Shown: positions 1 through 10,317 of the stretch, piece after piece
Layout of the letters: the number at the start of each line of letters is the position of its first letter
Position numbering within the stretch: position 1 is the first letter of the stretch
Source: Mobula hypostoma
Lineage: Eukaryota
Assembly (NCBI RefSeq): GCF_963921235.1
Contig: NC_086103.1
Location: forward strand, 76,074,001 to 76,138,000
DNA length: 64,000 nt
Direction: 5' to 3'
The notes under the pieces: generated by a model
Seen by the model: only the letters and a program-made list of their open reading frames with translations
Told to the model about the DNA's origin: nothing
Databases searched by the model: none
Position numbers and translations under genes: made by a program

Positions 1-896
1 ATGTGCAAGGCACCGTTGCCACACTTTGGATAATACAAACTTTTGAGAAGCCAGACACAGAATATAATGCCAAAGATGGGAAGCAGTTAACAGCTGCCAA
101 TGGTTGGTGCCTCACTTTCTACATGTTGATTTACAAATAGATGAGGTATAACTGGACTTCCTTTAATGTTCAGTTATTTTACGCGTCTGATGGCAAGGCT
201 ATTAGTAGGGACAGATTAATGCACTTAACGTTTTTTCACAAATCCAATACAGGCAAGAGATTAAATTAAACCCTGTACAAATGAATACATTTCCTAATGG
301 CATCAATCCACTCAATGTGCACTGTCTGCTGAAGGAAAACACTGAAAATGTAAATGTGGCCTCTTAGATTTGAAAGTGGTGTCACCAATATATTATTGAA
401 GATTGCTGCATAAGTTGCAATGAAATAGAAGAGATATGTTGTGTTTTCATTGGTATTTGACATTTTCTTTCTGCAATTCAGTGTGACTGCTTCACAGTGC
501 AATAGAACAGTATTCAAACCCAACACATAATTTGGCATTAATCAATAGTAGTCCAATTCAGCAGTACAGCTGAAAAAAGAAAACCTGAAGATGGAGTGGT
601 GTTCATAAATTAACTGGGTACCTCAGTTTTACCTTATGTTATAAAATGTTTAACCTATTTATTTATAAATCCCAGCATTTCCTAGTACAGCGGTGAAACA
701 TGTGACCATGTGCTCCATAATTCTCAATATTTCACACAAGATTTAACAAAATATTGTGTCTGAAAATAGTCTTTAATTTATTGGAAGTGTGGATCAGCAA
801 GTTACTTTCACTGCTGCTGTGCAGATTCAAGCTAATTATTACAATTGACCAAGAACGCTGATAAGTTTTAGATTTTTGTTTAATATTCCTCGAAGA

Positions 897-947
897 CAGA
901 GGTTCCCAACCTTTTTTATGCCATGGACCCCAGGCTGGGAACCCCTA
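897..947. mobile_element. Tiny hAT/Charlie-like MITE (~51 bp)
   Basis: Imperfect TIRs cagaggttcccaacct ... aggctgggaaccccta (13/16), resembling the CAGGGGTTCCCAA hAT terminus; 8-bp flanks only partly match (ctcgaaga / atttaaga). Confidence 0.6.
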
Positions 948-1289
948 ATTTAAGAGATATGCAAGCTGGCATTTATCCTATCATTCCAGTAGGCACTGCT
1001 AAGCTGCTGTCATTGACCGGTGAATTCCTTGTATTGAAGGCTGTTAGCCAGAAAGACATGCAACCTGAAAGGAAATTGCAGGTGATTGGTTTACCAGAAC
1101 GCCTGCTGCCTTTGTAGAGTCTGCAGATTCAGGTGGTGCTACCAGGGACACCTTAGTGAGATACCACGTGACCATTGTGGACCTGTGGTTAAATGCTGAC
1201 CAGGTTTGATATGCTTCAATGTCAGAGGAAAAATCCAAAAGCAAATTGCTGTAGATGGTGAATGCTTTTTTGTAAAATGCTGAAGATTT

Positions 1290-1387
1290 GAAGTACAATC
1301 GGAAAATGCTGGAAGCACTCAGTAGATCAGGCAGCATTTGTGAAAAGACTTAATGTGCTCCGTCCAAGATCCTTCATCAGAACCACT
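1290..1387 (-). mobile_element. Old Penelope-like terminal fragment
   Basis: aaaatgctggaagcactcag...caggcagcat...ccttcatcagaac matches the other PLE ends; CTGATGA on the minus strand. Confidence 0.6.
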
Positions 1388-1598
1388 ATGGATACTGTTT
1401 CATGTTGATGAGACAAGTTTTAACGTGCTGAGAAAGTGGGGAGGTACGGAGAGAATAATGGGGCATGTTTGTGATTATAATGAAAGTAATTTTATATTCA
1501 TCCCTTGTTCTTTTCTGATTCAGCAGCAAGAGGTATCTGCAAACAAAGGAGACATTGTACATGTAGTCAAGATTGTAAGAAATTACCTTAATAGATTT

Positions 1599-1888
1599 AT
1601 AGGCATCTGTTAGTCTCATGAGACCATGGATTTGTGCCTTGGAAAGTTTCCAGGATGCAGGCCTGGGCAAGGTTGTAAGGAAGACCAGCAGTTGCCCATG
1701 CCGCTAGTCTCCCCTCTCCACGCCGCCGATGTTGTCCAAGGGAAGGGCATTAGGACCCATACAGCTTGGCACCAGTGTCGTCACAGAGCAATGTGTGGTT
1801 AAGTGCCTTGCTCAAGGACACACACGCTGCCTCAGCCAAGGCTCAAACTAGCGACCTTCAGATCACTAGACGAACGCCTTAACCACTT
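1599..1888 (-). mobile_element. tRNA-derived CORE-type SINE
   Basis: Minus strand: tRNA-like head (agtggttaaggcgttcgtctagtgatctgaaggtcgctagtttgagcc), then CORE-like gtgtccttgagcaaggcacttaacc and a LINE-like tail. Confidence 0.7.
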
Positions 1889-1959
1889 TATATTATTAGA
1901 TGAATATAAAGAATAAATGCAAAAAGAAAGACAAATGGCCAGTGAAGAAGTAAAAGTCA

Positions 1960-2770
1960 TTGGAGGTTTCAGGGTTGGAGAGGGTCCGCAACTTTGAATT
2001 TCTAGATGTTATTATTTTAAAGGACCTGTCCTGGACCCAGCACGTAAATGCAATTATGAATAAAGCACGGCGGCACCTCTACGTCCTTAGGAGTTTGCAG
2101 AGGTTCACATGATGTCTAAAATGTTGACAAACCTCTATAGGTGTTTGGTGGAGAGTGTATGACTGGCTGCATCACAGCCTGGTATGGGAACACCAATGCC
2201 CTTGAACGGAAAATCCTATATTAAAAAATAGTGGATAAGGCCCAATCTGTCAGGGTAAAGGCCTCCCAACCATTGAGCACATCTACACAAAACAATGTCA
2301 CCTGAAAGCAGCGTCGATCATCAGGGACCCCCAACCCCAACTCCCAGAGCATTCTCTCTTCTCATGTTGCCATCAGGAAGAAGGTGTATGAGCCTCAGGA
2401 CTCACACTGCCAGGTTCAGGAACAGTTATAACCCCTCAACCATCAGGCTCTTGAACCAGAGGGGATAACCTCACTGATCTTCACTTACCCCGTCACTGAA
2501 CTGTTGTCACAACCAATAGATACACTTTCAAGGACTCTTCATCTGACATTCTTGATTTTATTGCTTATTTGTTTATTATTATTATTTCTTCTTTTTGTAT
2601 TTGCACAGTTTGTTGTCTTCTACCCTAATGCCCTCATTGGGCGGTTTTTCAATGATTCTGTTATAGTTATTAATTTATAGATTTATTGAGTATGCACAGA
2701 AAATGAGTCTCAAGGTTGTATATGATGACATATTTGTACTTTGATAATAAGATTGACTTTGAACTTTGAA
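1960..2770 (+). mobile_element. Rex1/Babar-like LINE 3' fragment
   Basis: Decayed ERV..F.FL.V...KDLSWTQH...LPSGRR...FRNSY motifs; AT-rich 3' UTR ending actttgaactttgaa. Confidence 0.75.
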
Positions 2771-3059
2771 AAGAGACAAAATAATACTTATCATCCAATC
2801 ACCCAGTCACACTACATCATATACTGCTGGAGGGAAATATCAGGTAGCTTCTCCAGTCTTGCTTTCTTGTGATCCAGCTTAAGAGGAGATTACCATTTTC
2901 ACCAAGAAGGTACCCCTTCTTGTACCCTTTGTAAATTTAACATATCTTTTTCCAGCAACACACACAAAATGCTGGAGGAACTCAGCAGGCCAGGCAGCAT
3001 CTATGGAAAAGAGCACAGTCAATGTTTCAGGCCAAGACCCTTCAGCAGGAGTGGAGAAA

Positions 3060-6000
3060 CCCAGGGTCATCTACTAGAGACTTCAGCCTTGGAATCACAC
3101 CTTCGTTACCTTTTTGTCAATTCGCGTTTCTTGGTTCTTATTTGTTCAGGGAGTAGATCAATTAAGTTTTATTCTGCTAATTTCAATGATCCACCCAGCC
3201 AACACACTTTTTGTCCCTCTTCCCTCTGGGAGAAGGTTCAGGAGCTTGAAGACTCGTACGGCCAGATTTGGGAACAGCTTCTTTCCAACTGTGATAAGAC
3301 TGCTGAACAGATCCTGACCCGGATCTGGGCCGTTCCCTCCAAATATCCAGACCTGCCTCTCAGGGTTTTTTTGCACTACCTTACTTCCCATTTTTCTATT
3401 TTCTATTTATGATTTATAATTTAAATTTTTAATATTTACTAATTTTAACTATTTTTAATATTTAACGTTTGTAATCCAGGGAGAGGGAAGCGCAGAATCA
3501 AATATCACTGTGATGATTGTACGTTCTAGTACCAATTGTTTGGCGACAATAAAGTATAAAGTATATACTGACAGATAAATACACTTGGCTAAGGACAAAG
3601 TAAAATTCATTTTTTTTAATGTCAATGGGCTGTTAAATTCAATCAAACGGAGTAAAATTCTATCAAAAATGAAGAAAGAACAAGCCCATGTAGTATATTT
3701 ACAGGAAACTCACTTAAGTGATAAAGACCATGGAAAACTAAAGAGAATGGGCTTCACTAATTTGTTTTTCTCCTCATATAAATCAGGACATAGGAGAGGA
3801 GTTGCTGTTCTCATCTCAAGCAAGCTAAATTTTGAAAAAGTATTCGAAATGGGAGATATGGAGGACTGGTATATTCTGGTAAGGGGGAATATAGACGGAA
3901 ATTCAGTTACTCTATTGAATATATACGCACCCCCAGGAAGTGATATTAGTTTCTTCCAGAAAATTACTAATATTATGGTAACGGAAACAGAAGGTCTCTC
4001 GATATGTGGGGGAAATTTAAATTTACAATTACAACCAAAGTTAGACTCTTCCAATAGAAAACCCTATGAAAAAAAGTCCTTACATAAGAAAGTTAACAAT
4101 CTTTTTGAGGATATTGGTCTAATTGATATATGGAGGGACCTTTTCCCCGACAGAAGGGATTACACTCACTATTCTGCCCCCCATTCTGTATATACAAGAA
4201 TAGACCAATTCATAACATTTGGAAAAGATGGAGACAAGATAATCACCTGTGGAATTGGGACAACAGATGTAAGTGACCATGCACCTATATATTTATCTGT
4301 TGATTTTGACCTACAACCAAAGAATACTATTTGGAAACTAAATTCAAGTCTACTCAATGATCTCTATTTTAAGGAACAAATTAAAAAAGAAATTGGTCTT
4401 TACTTAGAATTCAATGATAATGGAGAAGTTTCACCTCCCATTCTATGGAATACTCTGAAGGCTGTCTTAAGAGGGAAAGTTATAGCGATATCTTCATATA
4501 AGAAAAGAATAAGAAATAAAACATTAGAGGAATTACAAAATAAGCTGAAGGAACTAGAAAAACACTCAAATTGAGTTTGGCACAGGATACATTAGAGGAA
4601 ATTTTAAAAATTAGGAATGAAATTAATAGTTTAGCTACACAAGAAATCAGAAAAAAATTTAATGTTTCTGAAACAGAGACACTATGAAAGTGGATCTAAA
4701 TCTATGAAAATACTGGCGTGGAAACTGGAAAAAAAGATAGCAGAAATAACAATTCATAGAATTAGGGATCCAAGAACAAAAGTGATTAAAAAAACACTAA
4801 GTGAAATTCAAGAAACTTTTGAAGTGTTTTACAAAACTCTATATTCCAAAGTTCCAGGGGGAAGCATAACCAAAATTGACACCTTCCTGAATTCTCTAGA
4901 GTTACCCACTTTAAGCAAAGAACAAAATAGAACGATGACTGCTGACATAACTGAAGCTGAACTAAAAACTGCAATTAGTCGGCTTAAATTAAGCAAGTCA
5001 CCAGGATCATATGGATATAAGGCAGAGTGGTGTAAATAGCTTAGAACTGAGTTAGTTCCTGTTTTACTCCCCACACTGAACTGGGCTCTAAGAAAGGCAC
5101 AAATGCCACCCAGCTGGAAGGAGGCGATAATCTCAGCTATACCGAAAGAAGGCAAGGATAAAATGGAATGTGGGTCATTTAGAGCAATATCTGTTCTTAA
5201 TGTGGATTATAGATTATTTACCTCCATCATGGCCAAATGATTAGCAGAGTTTCTACCCACACCGATACATAGTCAGACAGGTTTTATACAACGCCAAAAC
5301 AAGACAATATACGAAGGACACTTCACATTATGGATCATATACAAAAAAATAAAATTGAAGCAATAGTGATAAGCGTGGATGCTGAAAAGGCATTTGATTC
5401 AGTTAATTGGAATTTTCTATACAGAGTTTTACATAGATTTGGTCTACATGACACAATTATTAAAACTGTACAGGCAGTATATGACAATCCTACTGCTAGG
5501 ATTAAAATCAATGGATATTTATCAAATAATTTTACCCTAGAAAGGAGCACGAGACAGGGTTGTGCATGGACACCGCTACTCTTCGCATTATATCTGGAAC
5601 CATGAGCTCAATACATCAGACAAAATGAAGATATCAAGGGAATTACCATAAAAGGGACAGAGCATAAATTGGCCTGTTACGCGGATGACATTTTGATCTA
5701 TCTAGTGCAACCAACATACTCTTTACCTAAATTGATGCAATCCTTTGAACAATATGGTCAATTATCAGGATACAAGATCAATATAGATACTGTAAAACCT
5801 AATTACTTTCAATTACATAACTATAGCCCACCAAGAGAAATTGAAAGTAGATATCCTTGGGCAAACAGAGTCTTTCAAAGATTTGGCAAAATTATTAGAA
5901 TGTAATTATCTGCCTATGTATAAAAAAATAAAGGAAGGTATAACAAGATGGAACCTAATTCCTTTTTTAAGTCTCAGTTCAAGGATTGAATCTGTTAAAA

Positions 6001-7571
6001 TGAATATATTGCCCAGACTATTATAGCTCTTTCAGACCCTACTAATAGAGATTAACCAAAATCAATTCAATGAATGGAACAAAATGTTATCAAGATATAT
6101 ATGGCAAGGTAAAAGGCCTAGAGTTTGTCTCAAAACTTTGCAATTAGCCAAGGAAAAGGGGGTGGGGGCCTACCTTCTCTTAGAGATTATTATTTTGCAG
6201 CACAGTTGAGAGCCGTGATATGCTGGTCCAACCCATCATATGACGCTCAATGGAAAAACATTGAGGAGGGGATACTTTCCATTCCCATACAGGCAATTTT
6301 GGCTGATAACAACCTACAAGGTTACGTAAATACTATTGATAACCCATGGGTAAAATGGACTCTTAAAATATAGAAAAATATTATTAAAGAATATAAACTA
6401 GAGGGAGATATTGCAATTCTTAAATGGTCTGCTTATGACTCAGATTTTACGCCGAATAAACTGGATGCTAGATTTAAGGACTGAACAGCTAAAGGAATAA
6501 CAGCTATTTGCAATATAATGAAAGAAGGAACACTGTTCAGTTTTGAAATGCTTAAAGAGATACACTTATCAGAAAAACAAGACTTTTATTGGTATTTACA
6601 GATGCAACAGTATGTTAATAGGAGGGTTAAAAATGTAACCAAGGCAAGTACATGTTTGATAGAGCTAATTAGAAATGTATATAATTCAGATAACGGTAGT
6701 AGAATCATTTCAAGCGTGTATAAGGGTTTGTCAAATCTTAAAACACATTCGACTTCATACATTAAAACAAAATGGGAGAAGGAAGGAGGGATAATTACAT
6801 CTGAGGAAGAATGGACAATAATATGGAGGTATCAATGTAAGTGTACCAGTTCACAGAAATGGAGGGAGTTTGGATGGAAAAACTTGATAAGATATTTTAT
6901 TATACCCTCTCAGAAATCCCATTATGATAGTAACCTCCCTGTTTGCTGGAGAAATTGTGGAAATCAACATGTAAACCATTATCATATTTTCTGGGAATGT
7001 CCCGTTATCAAAGACTATCGGAGTGGGATACAAAATGCCCTACAAGACATCTTTAAATGTGAAATACCATTAGAAAGTAATACCATATATTTTGGGTATA
7101 TACCTCAAGAATGGTTGAAAAGAGATAAATATTTAATGAATATACTGCTGGTGGCTGGTAAAACGACTCTTACCAGGAAATGGTTATCTCAGGAGAGCCC
7201 AACTTTAAACGCATGGATGGAAGTTACAATGGACATTTACAAAATGGAGAAGATAACAGCATCTGTTAATCATAAGTTGGAACAATTTGATTCATACTGG
7301 GAAAATGGTTTAACCATATAACACCTCAGAGGCCTGATTTTATTCTCACAAATCAATGAATATGTTGTAAAAAAAGATCACTCCCTGCTTGTACATAGTT
7401 TTCTCCTTTTGCTTGTTCTTTCTTTCTTCTCTTTTCTATAAGTGTATAAATATTATGTGGAGATTTGTGGCATATATGACTATATGATATATATGTACAA
7501 TATCTGAAATACATCTTATGGAAATATTTGTTTGATGATGAAACTCAATATAAAATAAATTACAAATAAAA
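3060..7571 (+). mobile_element. L1-clade LINE, 5'-truncated, with near-complete but disrupted ORF2 (3585-7321)
   Basis: APE endonuclease (FNVNGL, LQETH, SDHAP), RT (VDAEKAFDSV, RQGC, YADD), CCHC finger (CWRNCG...HIFWEC), AATAAA and A-rich tail; 13-bp TSD aggagtggagaaa (3047-3059) / aggactggagaaa (7572-7584); stops and frameshifts. Confidence 0.92.
3189..3562 (+). mobile_element. Rex1/Babar-like 3' end nested in the L1 upstream of ORF2
   Basis: HPANTLFVPLPSGRRFRSLKTRTARFGNSFFPTVIRLLN C-terminal motif; tail aataaagtataaagta. Confidence 0.75.
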
Positions 7572-9317
7572 AGGACTGGAGAAAACATGCTGAGGAGTAG
7601 ATTTAAAAGGTGGGGGAGGGGAGAGAGAAACACAAGGTGACAGGTGAAACCTGAAGCAGAAGGGATGAAGTAAAGAGTTGGAAAGTTGATTGGTGAAAGA
7701 GCTACAGGGCTGGAGAAGTGGGAGTCTGATAAAAGAGGACAGAAGACCATGGAACAAAGAAAATGGGTGAGCAGCACCAGAGGGAGGCAATAGGTGGGCA
7801 AGGAGATAAGGTGAGAGAGGGAAAGGGGATAAGGAATGTTGAAGGGGGGGCATTAATGGAAGTTTGAGGAATAAATGTTCATGCCATCAGGTTGGAGGCT
7901 ACCCAGATGGAATTAAAGGGGTTGTTCCTCCAGTGTAAGTGTGGCCTCATCACGACAGTGGAGGACGCCATGGATGGGCATATTCGGAATGGGAATGAGA
8001 AGTGGAATTAAAATGGGTGGCACTGGAAGATCCCGCTTTTTCTGGCAGGGTGCCAGAGATAGAGACAGAGAGATCGGGAAAGGGGAGGGAGGTGTCAGAA
8101 ATAGACCAGGTAAATTTAAGGGCAGGGCGGAAGCTGGAGCCGAAGTGGATGAAGTCAACGGGTTCTGCATGGGTGTAGGAAGCAGCAGCAATGCAGCATA
8201 GGAAAAGTACGGGACGGACACCAGTGTAGGCTTGGAACATAAACTATTCTACATACCTGGATTATACCTCCTTCCATCCTGTTACTTATAAAAACGCTTC
8301 TCTCAACTCCTCCGTCTCCGCCGCATCTGCTCTCAGGATGAGACTTTTCATTCCAGAACGAAGGAGATGTCCTCCTTTTTCAAAGAAAGGGGCTTCCCTT
8401 CCTCCACCATCAACGCTGCCTTCAACTGCAATTCTTCCATTTCACACACATCTGCTCTCATCCCATCCTCCCGCCACCCTACCAAGGATAGGGTTCCTCT
8501 TGTCTTCACCTACCACCCCACCAGCCACTGCATCCAGCACATAATTCTCCGCAACTTCTACCATCTCCAATGGAATCACACCACCAAGCACATCTTTCCC
8601 TTCCCCTCACTTTCTGCTTTCTGCAGGGGTCACTCCCTACATGACTTCTTTGTCTATTTGTCCTCCTCCACTGATCTCCCTCCTAGCCCTTACCCTTACA
8701 AGCAGAACAAGTGCTAGACCACCCCTACTCCTCCTCCCTCACTACCATTCGGGGCCCCGAACAGTCCTTCCAGGTGAGGCGACACTTCACCTGTGAGTCT
8801 GTGGGGGTCATATATTGTATCCGGTGCTCCCAGTGTGGCCTCCTGTATATTGGTGAGACCTGACGTAGATTGGGAGACAGGTTCACCAGGCACCTACGCT
8901 CCACTTGCCGGAAAAAGCAGAGTTTCCCAGTGGCCACCCATTTTTATTCCCTTTCCCACCTTTGGTAGGAAGATAACACCTTTTATTCTGTCTGGGTAAC
9001 CTTCATCCTGATAGCATGAACATCAATTTCTCAAACCTCTGGTACTGCTCCCCCCCCCACCTCTTTCACTATTCCCCACCCCTTTTCCCTCTCTCACCTT
9101 ATCTCCTTGTCCACCGATCACCTCCTTCTGGTGCTCCTCCCCCCTTTTCTTTCTTCCATGGCCTTCAGTCCTCTCCCGCTTCTACAGTCCTGTACCCCTT
9201 TCACCAATCAACTTCCCAACTCTTTACTTCATCCCTCCCCTTTCATGTTTCATCTATCATCTTGTTTCTCTCTTCCCTCCTCCCACGTTTTAAATCTGCA
9301 CCTCAGCAATTTTTCTC

Positions 9318-9356
9318 CAGTCCTGCTGAAGGGTCTCAGCCCGAAACGGCAACTAT
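9318..9356 (+). ncRNA. Degenerate minimal type-I hammerhead ribozyme motif in PLE end
   Basis: cagtc-CTGCTGA-a-ggg(tctcag)ccc-GAAAC-GGC-aact; departs from the active core (A6C, cleavage triplet mutated). Confidence 0.55.
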
Positions 9357-9525
9357 ACTCTTTTCCATAGATGGTGCCTGGCCTGTTGAGTTCCTCAGCA
9401 CTTCGTGTGTCTTGCTTGGATTTCCAGCATCAGCAGGTTTTCTCTTGTTTGTGATTGAGTAACTTTTACCAGTGTACTTTTCCATTGCCTAGTGGCATCA
9501 GCCTGTGCCTTTGGCTTTGACTCAG

Positions 9526-9632
9526 AAGGCGAGAGAATGGGGTTGAGTGGAATAATAAATCAGCCATGATGGAATAGCAGAGTGGATTCAATGGGCCAAA
9601 TGGCCTGATTCTGCTCCTATGCCTTATAGTCT
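9526..9632 (+). mobile_element. CR1 3' tail
   Basis: tcagccatgatggaat...gggccaaatggcct..tctgctcctatg, shared with the other CR1 3' ends. Confidence 0.75.
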
Positions 9633-10278
9633 AATAACAAATCTTTAAGGAAGAAAACATTCTTCATTGGTATCTAATCTTAAGGATGTGTGCCTATAGG
9701 ATTTTGTGAATAAAGCACGTGAAGAGTTGTTTTATGTGAGTAACAAAAGGCTCAACTCTTTACTTCCATTACGAACATCAGCCTTACACTGATGTCATTA
9801 CGTCAGATGCTATCTCTTAACGTGAACACAACAACTCAATGACAGTGTTTGAGAATTGTATAGAACAGTTTCTATCATAAACAATATTACATTACAGTAC
9901 ACACGCATGCACAGCTTTCAGCCATTATCACAATTCCAAGCTGACAACTTTTTGACTTGCAAACTTCCATTTTGTGTTTACACATTTTAGCACATAGAAA
10001 GGAGGAATCAAGTTTTTCCTTATGGTGGGAATTTGAATAACTTGAGTCATGCTGGCTGCAGAGTATAATAAAGACTTCTGAATAACAAAAGGTGTCTATC
10101 CAAAAGGTATACTTACAGGAAATGTATGAAGTCTGAAAGGGAGAAAGAAGGCTCCAAATCCAAGAAATATGAGATGCAAGACTGGGTTTTGTCTGATTAT
10201 AATCATCTGTAATCAATGATCTTAGTGTTGAGTCTTGTAGGTTGCGATGTGCTGTTCCGTTTTAAAAGCTTCCACATT

Positions 10279-10317
10279 AAGTTCTGATGAAGGGTTGTTG
10301 AACTGAAATGTCAGCTT
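10279..10317 (+). ncRNA. Minimal hammerhead ribozyme motif (best-preserved core), in PLE remnant 10279-10400
   Basis: aagtt-CTGATGA-(agggttgttgaact)-GAAAT-GTC-agctt; 5-bp helix I with one G-U pair, intact CUGAUGA/GAAA/GUC, weak helix II. Confidence 0.6.

Larger units (their letters stand above)
2953..9460. mobile_element. Penelope-like element in inverted configuration (minus arm 2953-3059 + 7572-~8240; plus arm ~8240-9460), split by an L1 insertion
   Basis: Plus arm encodes RT C-terminus (RVPLVFTYHP) and GIY-YIG (FTCESVGVIYCIRCSQCGLLYIGET, ~8786-8860); both arms end in the same terminal sequence containing a hammerhead-like motif. Confidence 0.85.

Noticed and set aside
266-1670. Short ORFs here and the many other 60-150 aa ORFs in the track
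   Set aside because: No recognisable domains or splice context, or they are off-frame/antisense readings of TE remnants
3585-4574. 329-aa endonuclease ORF as a host gene
   Set aside because: It is the N-terminus of a frameshifted L1 ORF2 with a TTG start, TSD and A-rich tail
9790-9805. Tandem CRE-like sites TGATGTCA TTACGTCA
   Set aside because: Short imperfect motifs expected by chance in 64 kb; no supporting context
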